Positions 36,999-46,846 of a stretch of DNA of 64,000 nt are shown here, piece by piece; within the stretch, counting starts at the first letter, position 1, and the number at the start of each line of letters is the position of its first letter. Origin of the DNA: Gammaproteobacteria bacterium (lineage in GTDB: Bacteria; Pseudomonadota; Gammaproteobacteria; S144-34). The notes under the pieces were generated by a model. That model was given only the letters and a program-made list of their open reading frames with translations. It ran no database searches and was not told the DNA's origin. Location of the stretch: positions 282 through 64,281 of the forward strand of contig JALSJE010000067.1 of the NCBI GenBank assembly GCA_026989495.1. Direction: 5' to 3'. Position numbers and translations under genes: made by a program.

Positions 36999-38222
36999 TC
37001 ACTCATCTGCCTTAGTCCCATCGAGGCCGGGGAGGCGGGATGCGCGGGCGTCGGCGGCAAGCGTTGGCCGCCGTCGAGCGCCAGGGACGGTCTTCGCGTC
37101 CCGCGCAGACCGGCTCCCCGGCCTCGTCGACCGCCGGCTTGCGACGCCGCCCGCCCACCAGATGCGGCAGGCGCCCTCGTCCGAGACCATGCACGGGCCG
37201 ATGGGGCGGCGCGGCGTGCACGCGCGCCCGTAGAGGCGGCACTGGTCGGGGTAGATGCGGCCGAGCACGACGCGCGCGCAGTCGCAGCCCGGGGGCATCC
37301 GGCCCGCGCGCCGGCGCCCTTCTTCCTCGTAGGCGGGAAAGCGCGCGCGTGCGTCGTGGGCCCGCCAGGCCATGCGCAGGCGCAGGCCCGAGCGCGGCAG
37401 GGTGCCGATGCCGCGCCAGGGCGCGTCGCAGACCTCCATGACCTCCGCGAGCAGCCGGCGCGCGGAGGGGTTGCCGCCGGGACGCGCCACCTCCGCGTAG
37501 CAGTTGTCGAGGAAGGGCCTGGCCTCCAGGTGCTGGCGCAGCACGGAGTAGAAGGCCGCGAGCAGGCTCTCGGGCGTGAAGCCCGCCACGGCCGCGGGGA
37601 TGCCGTGGCGCTCGGGCACGAAGCGCCACTCCTCCGGGCCCATGACGGTGGAGACGTGGCCGGGCGCGACCAGGGCGTCGAAGCCCGGGGTCTCGGACTC
37701 CAGGAGCATGGCCACCGCGGGCCAGGTGAGGCGCCCCGAGAGCAGGACGAAGAGGTTCTCCGGCGCGCCCTCGGCGAGCATGGCCGCCACCGGCGCCATG
37801 GTGGTCTCGAAGCCGGCGGCGAAGAAGACCACGGGGCGCGGGGCCTCGGCGCGGGCGACGGCGGCGGCCTCCATGGGGGAGGCGACGGGCCTGACGTCGG
37901 CGCCCGCCGCACGCGCCTGCTCCAGCGAGCGCGGCACGCGCCGCGGCACGTTGACAGGCACGCGCAGCATGTCGCCGAAGGCGACCAGCACCACGTCCTC
38001 GCGCAGGGCGAGCTGCACGGCCTGGTGCACGTCCTCCTCGGGGCAGACACACACCGGGCAGCCCGGCCCCGGGATGAGCTCGATGCCGGGGGGGAGCAGG
38101 CGGCGGAGCCCCGCCATGGTGATGGCGCGCTCGTGGCCGCCGCAGACGTTCATGATGCGGAAGCGCTCCGGAAGCGGCAGCGCGCGGATGCGCTCGAGCC
38201 AGCGGCGGGCCTCCGCGCTCAT
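36999..38222 (-). CDS. hypD: hydrogenase maturation protein HypD
   Basis: MNVCGGHE, GPGCPVC, GFETT, PGHVS, GPCMVSDEGAC. Confidence 0.95.
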   Translation of the reverse strand: MSAEARRWLERIRALPLPERFRIMNVCGGHERAITMAGLRRLLPPGIELIPGPGCPVCVCPEEDVHQAVQLALREDVVLVAFGDMLRVPVNVPRRVPRSLEQARAAGADVRPVASPMEAAAVARAEAPRPVVFFAAGFETTMAPVAAMLAEGAPENLFVLLSGRLTWPAVAMLLESETPGFDALVAPGHVSTVMGPEEWRFVPERHGIPAAVAGFTPESLLAAFYSVLRQHLEARPFLDNCYAEVARPGGNPSARRLLAEVMEVCDAPWRGIGTLPRSGLRLRMAWRAHDARARFPAYEEEGRRRAGRMPPGCDCARVVLGRIYPDQCRLYGRACTPRRPIGPCMVSDEGACRIWWAGGVASRRSTRPGSRSARDAKTVPGARRRPTLAADARASRLPGLDGTKADE

Positions 38223-38267
38223 GCCGCCACCCACACCGCCCGGCGGAAAGCGGGGAACGGCGCGCTT

Positions 38268-38301
38268 CCGTCCATCCACCGTCCACCGTCCACCGTCAAC
38301 C
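38268..38301. repeat. heptamer tandem repeat (CCGTCCA)n
   Basis: CCGTCCA tcca CCGTCCA CCGTCCA CCGTCAA at the hypB stop / hypD leader. Confidence 0.65.
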
Positions 38302-39036
38302 CCTCACCAAGGCACGCAGCCAGCCGAGCCAGCGTTCCATGCCCTCGCCGGTGCGGGCCGAGACCGGCCACACCGGCGCGCCGCTGGCGAGCGCGCGCAG
38401 GTGGCGCTCGGCCGCGGCCGGGTCGAAGTCGTCCAGCACCGGGATCAGGTCCGCCTTGCTGAGCAGCACCAGATCGGCCGCCCGGAACATGACGGGGTAC
38501 TTGGCGGGCTTGTCGTCGCCCTCGGTGGCCGAGAGCAGCACCACGCTGCGGTGCTGGCCCAGGTCGAAGCCCGCCGGGCAGACCAGGTTGCCCACGTTCT
38601 CGATGAAGAGGAGGTCCAGCCCCTCGAGGTCGAGGCGGTGCAGGGCCTCGTGGACCAGATGGGCGTCCAGATGGCATGCCGAGCCGGTGGCGATCTGGAC
38701 GGCGGGCACACCCCTGGCGCGGATGCGCGTGGCGTCACGCTCGGTGGCGAGATCGCCCTCGATCACGGCGATGGCGAGCTCGCCCGCGAGCGCCTCGATC
38801 GTCGCCTCCAGCAGCGCCGTCTTGCCCGAGCCCGGCGCGGACATGAGGTTCACCGCCACCACGCCGTGGCGCGCCAGGTGCGCGCGGTTGTGGGCGGCGG
38901 CACGGTCGTTGGCCGCGAGCAGCCCCTCCAGCACCTCCACCGCCGTGCTTCCGTCGGCGGTGCGCGCGAGCGGTCCGTCCGCCTCCACCAGGTGGGCGTT
39001 GCCGGAGGTCACGTTGCAGCCGCAGCTCTCACACAT
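38296..39036 (-). CDS. hypB: hydrogenase nickel GTPase HypB
   Basis: MCESCGC, SAPGSGKT, ACHLDA, ENVGNLVCPA, EGDDKPAKYP. Confidence 0.95.
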   Translation of the reverse strand: MCESCGCNVTSGNAHLVEADGPLARTADGSTAVEVLEGLLAANDRAAAHNRAHLARHGVVAVNLMSAPGSGKTALLEATIEALAGELAIAVIEGDLATERDATRIRARGVPAVQIATGSACHLDAHLVHEALHRLDLEGLDLLFIENVGNLVCPAGFDLGQHRSVVLLSATEGDDKPAKYPVMFRAADLVLLSKADLIPVLDDFDPAAAERHLRALASGAPVWPVSARTGEGMERWLGWLRALVRG

Positions 39037-39406
39037 GGGCGCCCTCCTCCGCAGGCGTGATGCCTGCGAGCGCCACGCGCACCAGCAGCAGCTCGTCGCC
39101 GGAGACGAGCCGCGTGCGCCAGCCGCCGCAGGCCGGGCACAGCAGGCGGTTCGGCGCCGCCGCAGGCCCGCGCGTGCCGCAAGACTCGCACTCGACCTCC
39201 AGCGGGACCTCCACCAGCCGAAGCTCGGCGCCCTCGGCCACGGTGCCCGCGCGCGCCAGCGCGAAGGCCTCGCGCAGCAGCTCGGGCACCACCCCGGAGA
39301 GCGGGCCCACGCGCAGCTCGATGCGGGTCACGGTACGCGCACCGTGGGCGCGGGCGACGGCCTCGACCTGCCCGATCAGGGCCCGGCACACAGTGAGCTC
39401 ATGCAT
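39029..39406 (-). CDS. hypA: hydrogenase nickel metallochaperone HypA
   Basis: MHELT, CESC..CPAC, SGDEL. Confidence 0.95.
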   Translation of the reverse strand: MHELTVCRALIGQVEAVARAHGARTVTRIELRVGPLSGVVPELLREAFALARAGTVAEGAELRLVEVPLEVECESCGTRGPAAAPNRLLCPACGGWRTRLVSGDELLLVRVALAGITPAEEGAHV

Positions 39407-39653
39407 CGGCCGCGCCCGGCGTCGGGCCGTCTCCGGCGGCCAGCGCCTCGTCGTGGAGCTCCCAGGCGCTGCGCGCCTCGGCCTCGGTCATGCGCTGGAT
39501 GGCGTAGCCGACGTGGACCATGACCCAGTCGCCGGGGCCCACGGGCTCGTGCTGAAGGAGAAAGAGGCTCACGTCCCGCTCCACGCCGCGCGCGGCGCAG
39601 CGCGCCGTATGGCCCTCCACGGCGAGCACCTGCATGGGGACTCCCAGACACAT
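39399..39653 (-). CDS. hypC: HypC chaperone
   Basis: MCLGVP..GDWVMVHVGYA. Confidence 0.95.
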   Translation of the reverse strand: MCLGVPMQVLAVEGHTARCAARGVERDVSLFLLQHEPVGPGDWVMVHVGYAIQRMTEAEARSAWELHDEALAAGDGPTPGAADA

Positions 39654-39801
39654 CGCGCGCCGCCTCCTCTGCGGGCCGGAGCTCCCCGCACCTATAGCGC
39701 GCCCCGCAAGGCCCGTCAAACCCGCAGCGCAGCTCGCCCGATCCCGCGCAGGCACGGCCGGATGGGCTCGTGCTGCGTCATGCGGCCCGAGGAGGCCGGG
39801 C

Positions 39802-40359
39802 TCAGCGGCGGCGGGCGTAGGTGCCGACGAGCTCGGCGCGGGCGATGACGTGGCCCTCCATCGCGCGCTCCACCTCGGCCTTGGTGGGCGTGCCCAGGTC
39901 CGGGAGCACGGTGTCCAGGGCGTAGAGCTTGTGGAAGTAGCGGTGGCGGCCGATGGGCGGGCACGGGCCGCCGTAGCCGGTGCGCTTCCAGTCGTTGAGG
40001 CCCTGTCGCGTGCCCGGCGGCAACGCCGTCTCGTCCACGCCTTCGGGCAGGCCCGTGCTGTCCGGCGGGAGGTTGTAGAGCACCCAGTGGACCCAGGTCA
40101 TGCGCGGATTGGCCGGGTCCGGAGCGTCCGGGTCGTCCACGATCAGCACCAGGCTGCGCGTGCCCTCCGGCACGCCCGACCACTCGAGCGGCGGCGAGAC
40201 GTCGGCGCCGTCGCAGGTGTAGCGCACAGGGATCTCGCCCTGGTGCGCGAAGGCGGGTGAGCGGATCTCGAGCGTCATGGCCCCTCCTCCCGCGGCCGGC
40301 GTGGCGGCGGCCGCCCACAGGCATGCCCCCATCAGGATGGCCACCGGGCGCCAGGCCAT
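39802..40359 (-). CDS. YbhB/YbcL (PEBP) family protein
   Basis: SPPLEW, DDPDAP, WVHWV, GYGGPCPP, HRYF. Confidence 0.92.
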   Translation of the reverse strand: MAWRPVAILMGACLWAAAATPAAGGGAMTLEIRSPAFAHQGEIPVRYTCDGADVSPPLEWSGVPEGTRSLVLIVDDPDAPDPANPRMTWVHWVLYNLPPDSTGLPEGVDETALPPGTRQGLNDWKRTGYGGPCPPIGRHRYFHKLYALDTVLPDLGTPTKAEVERAMEGHVIARAELVGTYARRR

Positions 40360-40363
40360 GGCC

Positions 40364-40648
40364 TCAGCCCCCGGCCGCGCGGCCCGAGACCAGGGCGTCG
40401 AGCCGCGCCACGCCCTCGGCCCAGGCACGGGTCTCGTTCTCGCCCGTGGCCACGGCCTCCATCACGGCGTAGGCCAGCCGCCGGTCCTCGGGATCCAGCC
40501 CGCGCAGCTTGCTGAGCAGGAACAGGTACTGGCCCCGGCCGGTCGAGACCGTCTTCACGAGGCTGTAGAGGACCAGCGCCGGGCCGGAAGCCGGGGCCTG
40601 CGCGATGCGGGCCTCGAGCCGCGCCAGCACATCGGCCGCGTCGGTCAT
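40364..40648 (-). CDS. hypothetical protein (94 aa)
   Basis: MTDAADVLARLEARI..; helical, normal codon usage; C-terminal part of track ORF 40364..41425. Confidence 0.65.
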   Translation of the reverse strand: MTDAADVLARLEARIAQAPASGPALVLYSLVKTVSTGRGQYLFLLSKLRGLDPEDRRLAYAVMEAVATGENETRAWAEGVARLDALVSGRAAGG

Positions 40649-40826
40649 GGGCTCTGCAGAAATCGCATACTCAGCGAGCCATCCGGACCAGCTTAATGAT
40701 AGGGACTCTCGGATCCCTGAGAAACGGAGGTCTCCTTTATGTGGGTACTGTGACTCGCCCGGCCGGCCGCCGGCGGAGGGACGGTGCGCACCGGCGATGG
40801 CGCGTGGCGGGGTGCAGGCAGCCGAC

Positions 40827-41507
40827 TCAGCGCGGGGTGTCTGCCACGCGGGTGCGCAGGTACACCGGGACGCCACCTTCCGGCGGCACGGCCTCGCCGC
40901 GTGCGAGCGCCACCTGCGCGAGCCGCGCCACCCGCCCCGCCCAGGGCAGGCGTTCGGGCTCCACGGCCACGAGCGCGTTCCCGGCGCGGGCCCGCAGGGC
41001 TTCTCCGTGGGCCGCCCAGCCGGGGCCCGCACCGACCCAGCCACCGCCTTCCGGCACCGCCACCGCGTGCGGCGGGCACACGGCCTCCGCCCCCGCCGGA
41101 GCCGCCAGGTCTGCCGCGTCCGCCGTGAAGGCGCCCCAGTAGACCTCGCCCATGCGCGCGTCCAGCGCCGCCAGCACGCGCGCGGCACCCGCCTCCACGG
41201 CGTCCTGGGCCAGCGCCGCGAGCGTGGACACCGGCACCACCGGCAGGCCCCACGCGAGCGCGAGCCCCTGGGCCACGCCCGCGGCGATGCGCAGGCCCGT
41301 GAAAGAGCCCGGTCCGCGCCCGAAGGCGAGGGCGTCGAGGCCGGTGCCCACGAGCCCCGCCTCCGCCAGCACCGCCTCCACCAGGGACAGGATGCGCGCG
41401 GCGTGCTCGCGGGGGGCCACCACACGCCGCTCCACGGTCTCGCCGCACACGCGCAGCGCCACCGAGCAGGCGTCGGTGGCAGTCTCCAAGGCGAGGATGC
41501 GGCTCAT
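40827..41507 (-). CDS. tsaB: tRNA t6A biosynthesis protein TsaB
   Basis: ILALETAT..CSVAL, GPGSFTGLRI, DARMGEVY, PVYLR. Confidence 0.95.
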   Translation of the reverse strand: MSRILALETATDACSVALRVCGETVERRVVAPREHAARILSLVEAVLAEAGLVGTGLDALAFGRGPGSFTGLRIAAGVAQGLALAWGLPVVPVSTLAALAQDAVEAGAARVLAALDARMGEVYWGAFTADAADLAAPAGAEAVCPPHAVAVPEGGGWVGAGPGWAAHGEALRARAGNALVAVEPERLPWAGRVARLAQVALARGEAVPPEGGVPVYLRTRVADTPR

Positions 41508-41522
41508 CCGGTGTCCTCGGCT

Positions 41523-43487
41523 TCAGGACAGGGCATCCGCTTCCCTCAGGGCCGCCAAGAAGCTGGTCACATCGTCAAGGCGCCGCGTCCAGCGCATGTC
41601 AGGAAGGCTTTCCTTGAAGATTTTTCCATATCCCATTGTCTCAATTCTAGAATCACATACAACGACCACGCCGCGGTCGTCCTCCCCGCGGATCAGTCGC
41701 CCAACCCCCTGGCGGAGGGTTACCACTGCCTGGGGCAGCAGGAGGTCTCGGAAGGCGTTCCCGCCGCGCCGCTCCAGCGCGCGCCCACGCGCCTGGATCA
41801 CCGGATCGTCCGGCGCCCCAAAAGGCAGCTTGTCGATGATGACACACGAGAGAGCGGGACCTGGCACATCGACCCCCTCCCAGAAGCTGTAGGTGCCGAG
41901 CAGGACGGCGTCTCCCCGCGTCCGGAAGCGTGCCAGAAGCGCCTCGCGCGGTGCGTCCCCCTGCACGAGCAGGGGAAAATCCAGCCTGCCTTCGAGGCCC
42001 TGGCGCGCCAGACGCAACGCATCCCAGCTCGTGAACAGGATGAAGGTGCGGCCGCGCGCGGCCTCAATGACTGGCACGATCGCATCCAGCATGCGGGGCA
42101 CAAAGGTGCGGTCCCGAGGCGGCGGAAGGTATTCTGGTATATACATCAAGGCGTTGCGCCTGAAATCAAATGGACTTTCGAAGATGTGGCTGCGGCAGCT
42201 CCCCGGCTCGACACCCACGCGGGCACAGAAATGGTCGAAACGGCCGCAGACGGTGAGGGTGGCCGAGGTATAGATCCAGGCACGGGCGCAGCCTTCCCGC
42301 AAGCTCTGCATCATGGGCCCGGTTTCCACGGGGGTGGCATGAAAGGTGAAGCTCTGTCCCGTGCGCTCGTACCATCGCACCAGTTCTGCATGAGCTCCGT
42401 CTTCCGCCTCCGCCTCCGCTTCGCCCAGTATGAGCCTGCGGCAGGCGTGCTCCAGCCGCCTGGCCCGTCGCGCGCAGCCATCCAGCCCCGGGCCCCGTCC
42501 CGAGACGGCCGCAAGCCCTTCACGCATAGCTGCCAGTGAGTCGGCAAGCCGCTTTGCCGCATCCAGGACGGGACCTGCGGGGGCGCCCGGCGGCCAAGCC
42601 CCACGCTCGGGCACAGCCTCGAGCGCGAGCCGCAATCGGCGGGTTTCTGCGAGCAAGGTATCCGCGAGTGTCCTGAGCCCGGGGGTATCCGGCGCTTCGG
42701 CGAGCTGCTCCTGCCGGACGTCCCGCGCCAGATCCCGGAGCTGGCCGGCCGTCAGCCCTTCGCCGAGGAAGCGCGCGGCGATGTCGGGGAGCTGATGGGC
42801 TTCGTCGATCACGAAGGCGTCGGCCTGGGGCAGCACCTCGCCCCGTCCCTCCTCGCGCAGAGAGAAGTCGGCCATCAGAAGATGGTGATTGACCACGACC
42901 ACATCGGCCTCCTGCGCCTTGCGACGAGCCCGGAAGACGAAACAGCGCGTGAAGTGGTGGCAGTCCGCTCCGAGGCAGCGTTCGGCCGGTGCCGTCAGGC
43001 GCGTCCAGAAAGGATCGTCCTCGGCCATGCCCGGGAAACCGGCGCGGTCGCCGGTGACGGTCCGTCCGGCCCATTCGGCCACCTGCCTCAGCCGCTCCGC
43101 CTGCTCACCGGTCGACCCCTCGGCGCACGCACGCTCCAGCCGGTGCAGGCAGAGGTAATTGGCCCGGCCCTTGAGGAGGGCCACGCGACCGCCGCAGCCG
43201 AGCGCCTCGCGCACCCGCGGCAGGTCGCGCACATAGAGCTGGTCCTGGAGGTTGCGGGTGCCGGTGGAGATGACCACCTGGCGTCCGGAAAGGAGCGCGG
43301 GGACGAGGTAGGCGAAGGTCTTGCCGGTGCCCGTGCCCGCCTCGACGAGCAGCGTCTCGCGCCCCTGCAGGGCCTGCGCGACAGCCTCGGCCATGGCGAG
43401 CTGCTGCGCCCGGGGCCGGAAGCCGGGAACTGCGCGCGCCAGCGGCCCATCCGGCCCCAGGGCCTGCCGCACCGCCTCGATATCCAT
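41523..43487 (-). CDS. yoaA: ATP-dependent DNA helicase YoaA (DinG family, Fe-S)
   Basis: EAGTGTGKT, KGRANYLC, DEAH, SFWEGVDVPG, QGVGRLIR; tsaB adjacency. Confidence 0.92.
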   Translation of the reverse strand: MDIEAVRQALGPDGPLARAVPGFRPRAQQLAMAEAVAQALQGRETLLVEAGTGTGKTFAYLVPALLSGRQVVISTGTRNLQDQLYVRDLPRVREALGCGGRVALLKGRANYLCLHRLERACAEGSTGEQAERLRQVAEWAGRTVTGDRAGFPGMAEDDPFWTRLTAPAERCLGADCHHFTRCFVFRARRKAQEADVVVVNHHLLMADFSLREEGRGEVLPQADAFVIDEAHQLPDIAARFLGEGLTAGQLRDLARDVRQEQLAEAPDTPGLRTLADTLLAETRRLRLALEAVPERGAWPPGAPAGPVLDAAKRLADSLAAMREGLAAVSGRGPGLDGCARRARRLEHACRRLILGEAEAEAEDGAHAELVRWYERTGQSFTFHATPVETGPMMQSLREGCARAWIYTSATLTVCGRFDHFCARVGVEPGSCRSHIFESPFDFRRNALMYIPEYLPPPRDRTFVPRMLDAIVPVIEAARGRTFILFTSWDALRLARQGLEGRLDFPLLVQGDAPREALLARFRTRGDAVLLGTYSFWEGVDVPGPALSCVIIDKLPFGAPDDPVIQARGRALERRGGNAFRDLLLPQAVVTLRQGVGRLIRGEDDRGVVVVCDSRIETMGYGKIFKESLPDMRWTRRLDDVTSFLAALREADALS

Positions 43488-43500
43488 CGCGCACTCCGCC

Positions 43501-44013
43501 TCAGCGGCCCGGATGCTCCCAGACCTCGTCCTCGATCTCGCCCTCCTCCCGGGTCCACACCAGCCGCCCGATGCGCTTGAAGCGTGCCACGCTCAGGGCG
43601 CCGCGGCGGCTGCGCGCCCCGCGCGAGGCGGCCACGGCCTCCTCCACATCGGGCCGCTCGGCCTCCCAGATCTCGAAGGGCTCGAAGTTCTCGTCGAAAA
43701 GGACCAGCATCACGCTGTCCCACTCCTTGTCCAGCTTGAGCTGGCCGATGCGGTGGCCGGACTTGCGCTCGTCGAAGATGGCGCGGGCCTTGATCTGGAT
43801 GCGCTTGCCCGCGCGCCGCCCGCGCCCGATGGCGTCCCAGCCGCCGGGTCGCTCGGTGCAGAGCTCGAGGTCGAGCAGGCGCGCGGCGTCGTGCTCGGCG
43901 ATCTCGCTGCTGACCCCAGCGAGCGGCCGCCCCGTGGCCCGGCGGTACTCGGCGGCGAGCCGGCGCGCCTCGGCGATGAGGCGGTCCAGGTCGTAGGGGC
44001 CGGCGCCGCTCAT
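43501..44013 (-). CDS. hypothetical protein, possible PD-(D/E)xK-like (DUF6998-like) fold
   Basis: ATG 44013; SEIAE..GWDAIG..RIQIKAR. Confidence 0.6.
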   Translation of the reverse strand: MSGAGPYDLDRLIAEARRLAAEYRRATGRPLAGVSSEIAEHDAARLLDLELCTERPGGWDAIGRGRRAGKRIQIKARAIFDERKSGHRIGQLKLDKEWDSVMLVLFDENFEPFEIWEAERPDVEEAVAASRGARSRRGALSVARFKRIGRLVWTREEGEIEDEVWEHPGR

Positions 44014-44519
44014 CCGGCCATGCCCTCGAGGGCCTCGGCCCGGCGCTCGGCGGCGCGGGCACCGGCGGCATCGCCCCGTGCCCGGCGGGCGGCGGCGATC
44101 AGGCGCCAGTTGCGCGCACCCAGGGCCCGGTCCCGGGGCGCGAGCGCCAGCGAGCGGCGCGCGAGCGCCTCGGCCCGCCGCCACATCCCCTGTCCGAGGC
44201 GAATGCGCGCCAGCCGGTGCCACAGGGCCGCATCCCGCGGGGCGATGCGCAGCGCCCGCTCCACGGCGGCGGCGGCCGCCTCCAGGTCGCCGCGGCGCTC
44301 GGCCGCGCGCGAGCGGTCCAGCAGCGCGAGCACGGGCCCGCGCGCGGGGCGGGGTGCTGGCGTCGCCGCGGCCGGCGGGGGCTGCGGCGCCCGCTCCTCC
44401 ACCGGAGGCGGCCCGACCCCTTCCACCGGCGCCGCGGGACCGGAGCCCGTGGCTGCGCAGCCGGCCGCCAGCGCCGCCAGCGAGGCGGCGGGCAGCAGAA
44501 GGGTCGCAGGGACGCTCAC
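44010..44519 (-). CDS. lpoP: TPR lipoprotein, LpoP-like PBP1B activator
   Basis: Lipobox LAAGC, Pro-rich linker, TPR AAAVERALRIAPRD; directly downstream of mrcB as in Pseudomonas. Confidence 0.8.
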   Translation of the reverse strand: MSVPATLLLPAASLAALAAGCAATGSGPAAPVEGVGPPPVEERAPQPPPAAATPAPRPARGPVLALLDRSRAAERRGDLEAAAAAVERALRIAPRDAALWHRLARIRLGQGMWRRAEALARRSLALAPRDRALGARNWRLIAAARRARGDAAGARAAERRAEALEGMAG

Positions 44520-46846
44520 TCGAAGATGCGGCGCAGCCATCTCAGCGGATTCGGAGCGCCGGCACAGGGGGCCCGTTCCGCGGGCGCCGATCCGGCGATG
44601 AAGGGCAATTCTACGCTGCCTGTGCAGCCCGAGTCAGCGCGCAGCCCCGTCTCCGGATCCACCCGCACCCATTCGATGCCCTCCGGCTCCACCGGGGCGA
44701 AGGGCTCCAGCGTGGGCGCGAGCGCGCGCATGAGCAGGCCCCAGACCTGCAGCGCCCCGGCTGCCCCGCTCAGGCCCACGGGGGCATTGTCGTCGCGCCC
44801 CAGCCACACCACCGCCACGCGGTTGCCCGTGAAGCCCGCAAACCAGGAGTCGCGCAGGTCGTCCGTGGTGCCGGTCTTGCCGGCCACACCCAGCGCCGCC
44901 ACGGGCAGGTAGGCCGCGAGGCCGCGGCCCGTGCCCTCGCGCACCGCGCGCTGCAGCGCGTGATCGACGAGGAACACCACCCGGGGGTCGAGGGCGGGCT
45001 CGGTCTCCAACGGATAGCGCGAGAGGGGCTCGCCCGCGGCGGTGAGCACCGCGCGCGTGGCACGCACGGGCGTATGGAAGCCTCCGCCCGCCAGCGTCAG
45101 GTACATGCGCGCCACCTCCAGGGGCGAGAGGCTCACCGCGCCCAGCAGCAGCGCCGGGTAGGGCCGCAGCGGCCGCCCCACGCCGAGGCGGCGCAGCGTG
45201 TCCACCACCGCGGGCACGCCCACCGCGAGCCCCACCCGCGCCGTGGGCACGTTCAGCGACTCCGCCAGCGCCCGGTACAGGGGCACGGGGCCGCGGAAGC
45301 GCTCGTCGTAGTTGCGCGGGGCCCATACCTTGCCGTCGTCGAGGCGCACCTCGAGCGGGTCGTCCTCCACCAGGGTGGCCAGGGTCCAGCGCCGGGGGTG
45401 CACGAGCGCCGCCAGATACACCGCGGGCTTGACCAGCGAGCCCACGGGCCGGCGTGCGTCCAGCGCGCGGTTGAAGCCCGCGAAGCGCGGCGCGCGCCCG
45501 CCCACCACCGCGAGCGCCTCGCCCGTGCCCGCGTCCAGCACCACCACCGCCCCCTGGAGGCTGCCCCGCGGGAGACCGTGGCCACGCTCGAGGGCGGCGA
45601 TCCCCCGCGTGAGCGCGCGCTCCGCCGCCGCCTGCAGGAGGGGGTCGAGCGTGGTGAAGATGCGCAGCCCCTGGGTGCGCAGGTCCTCCTCCCGGTACTC
45701 GCGCGCGAGCTGGCGCCGCACGAGGTCCATGAAGGCGGGGTACTCGGCGAGCGCGGGCGGCTGTGGAACGACCCCCAGGGGCGCGCGCCGCGCGCGCGCC
45801 GCCTCGGCCCGGCTGATCACGCCCCGCTCGGCCAGCACCCCCAGCACCACGTTCCGCCGCCGCCGCGCACGCTCCGGATGCCGCCGCGGGTCGTAGTACG
45901 AGGGCCCCTTGACCAGCCCCACCAGCAGGGCGATGCGCGGCAGGTCCAGCTCCGAGAGCGGGCGGCCGAAGTAGAAATGGCTCGCGAGCCCGAAGCCGTG
46001 GATGGCGCGGCGCCCGTCCTGCCCCAGGTAGACCTCGTTCAGGTAGGCCTCGAGGATCTCCTCCTTGCCGTAGTGCAGCTCCAGCAGCAGGGCCATCACC
46101 GCCTCGGTGGCCTTGCGCCTGAGCGTGCGCTCGGAGCCGAGGAAGAAGTTCTTGACGAGCTGCTGCGTGAGGGTGCTGCCGCCCTGCACCAGCGCACGCG
46201 CGCGGATGTCCGCCCACAGGGCGCGCAGCACCGCCCTGGGATCCACGCCGTGGTGGCGCCAGAAGCCGCGGTCCTCCACCGCCACCAGCGCGTCCACCAG
46301 CAGACGGGGCGCATCCTGGAGGCGGATCAGGACGCGATCCTCGTGGTGACGCGGGTAGAACTTGCCGACCAGCACGGGATCGAGGCGCACGAGCGCGGGC
46401 GCGCGGCCGCCGGCGGCCGCCTCCAGCGCCGCCACGCGGCCGGCGGCGAAACGCACGCGCACGCGCCGCGCCGGCTCCTCGCCGTCCCAGAAGCGGAAGC
46501 GGCGCGTATGGAGCAGGACCGCCTCGCCGGCCACGGCATAGCTGCCGGGCCGGCGCGCCCCCGCTGCGCGCACGTAGCCCAGACGCGCGAGCTCGTCCAG
46601 CAGCGCGCGCCGGCCCACCGGCGCGCCCGGGTAGAGCTCCAGCGCCCGCGCGTACACGCGCGCCGGGAGCTCCCAGCGCCGGCCCTCGAACTCGCTGCGG
46701 ATGCGCAGGTCGAGCCAGGCGGTCCAGGCCGCCAGCAGCAGCAGCGCCGCCACGGCCGCGCGCCAGGCGAGCCGGCGCGGCCAGCCGCGTCCGGCCTTCC
46801 CGCGGCGCCGTCCGCCGCGCCGCCTGCGCCGGCGCCGCGCGCTCAT
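44516..46846 (-). CDS. mrcB: penicillin-binding protein 1B
   Basis: UB2H region, AVEDRGF..HHG, QGGSTLTQQLVKN, GSLVKP, SLN, GKTGTT. Confidence 0.95.
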   Translation of the reverse strand: MSARRRRRRRGGRRRGKAGRGWPRRLAWRAAVAALLLLAAWTAWLDLRIRSEFEGRRWELPARVYARALELYPGAPVGRRALLDELARLGYVRAAGARRPGSYAVAGEAVLLHTRRFRFWDGEEPARRVRVRFAAGRVAALEAAAGGRAPALVRLDPVLVGKFYPRHHEDRVLIRLQDAPRLLVDALVAVEDRGFWRHHGVDPRAVLRALWADIRARALVQGGSTLTQQLVKNFFLGSERTLRRKATEAVMALLLELHYGKEEILEAYLNEVYLGQDGRRAIHGFGLASHFYFGRPLSELDLPRIALLVGLVKGPSYYDPRRHPERARRRRNVVLGVLAERGVISRAEAARARRAPLGVVPQPPALAEYPAFMDLVRRQLAREYREEDLRTQGLRIFTTLDPLLQAAAERALTRGIAALERGHGLPRGSLQGAVVVLDAGTGEALAVVGGRAPRFAGFNRALDARRPVGSLVKPAVYLAALVHPRRWTLATLVEDDPLEVRLDDGKVWAPRNYDERFRGPVPLYRALAESLNVPTARVGLAVGVPAVVDTLRRLGVGRPLRPYPALLLGAVSLSPLEVARMYLTLAGGGFHTPVRATRAVLTAAGEPLSRYPLETEPALDPRVVFLVDHALQRAVREGTGRGLAAYLPVAALGVAGKTGTTDDLRDSWFAGFTGNRVAVVWLGRDDNAPVGLSGAAGALQVWGLLMRALAPTLEPFAPVEPEGIEWVRVDPETGLRADSGCTGSVELPFIAGSAPAERAPCAGAPNPLRWLRRIFE

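Noticed and set aside
40650-40760. AT-richer spacer with a small AGGGA/TCCCT hairpin as an ncRNA or riboswitch
   Set aside because: Only a 5-bp stem and no family consensus; more simply a promoter region.
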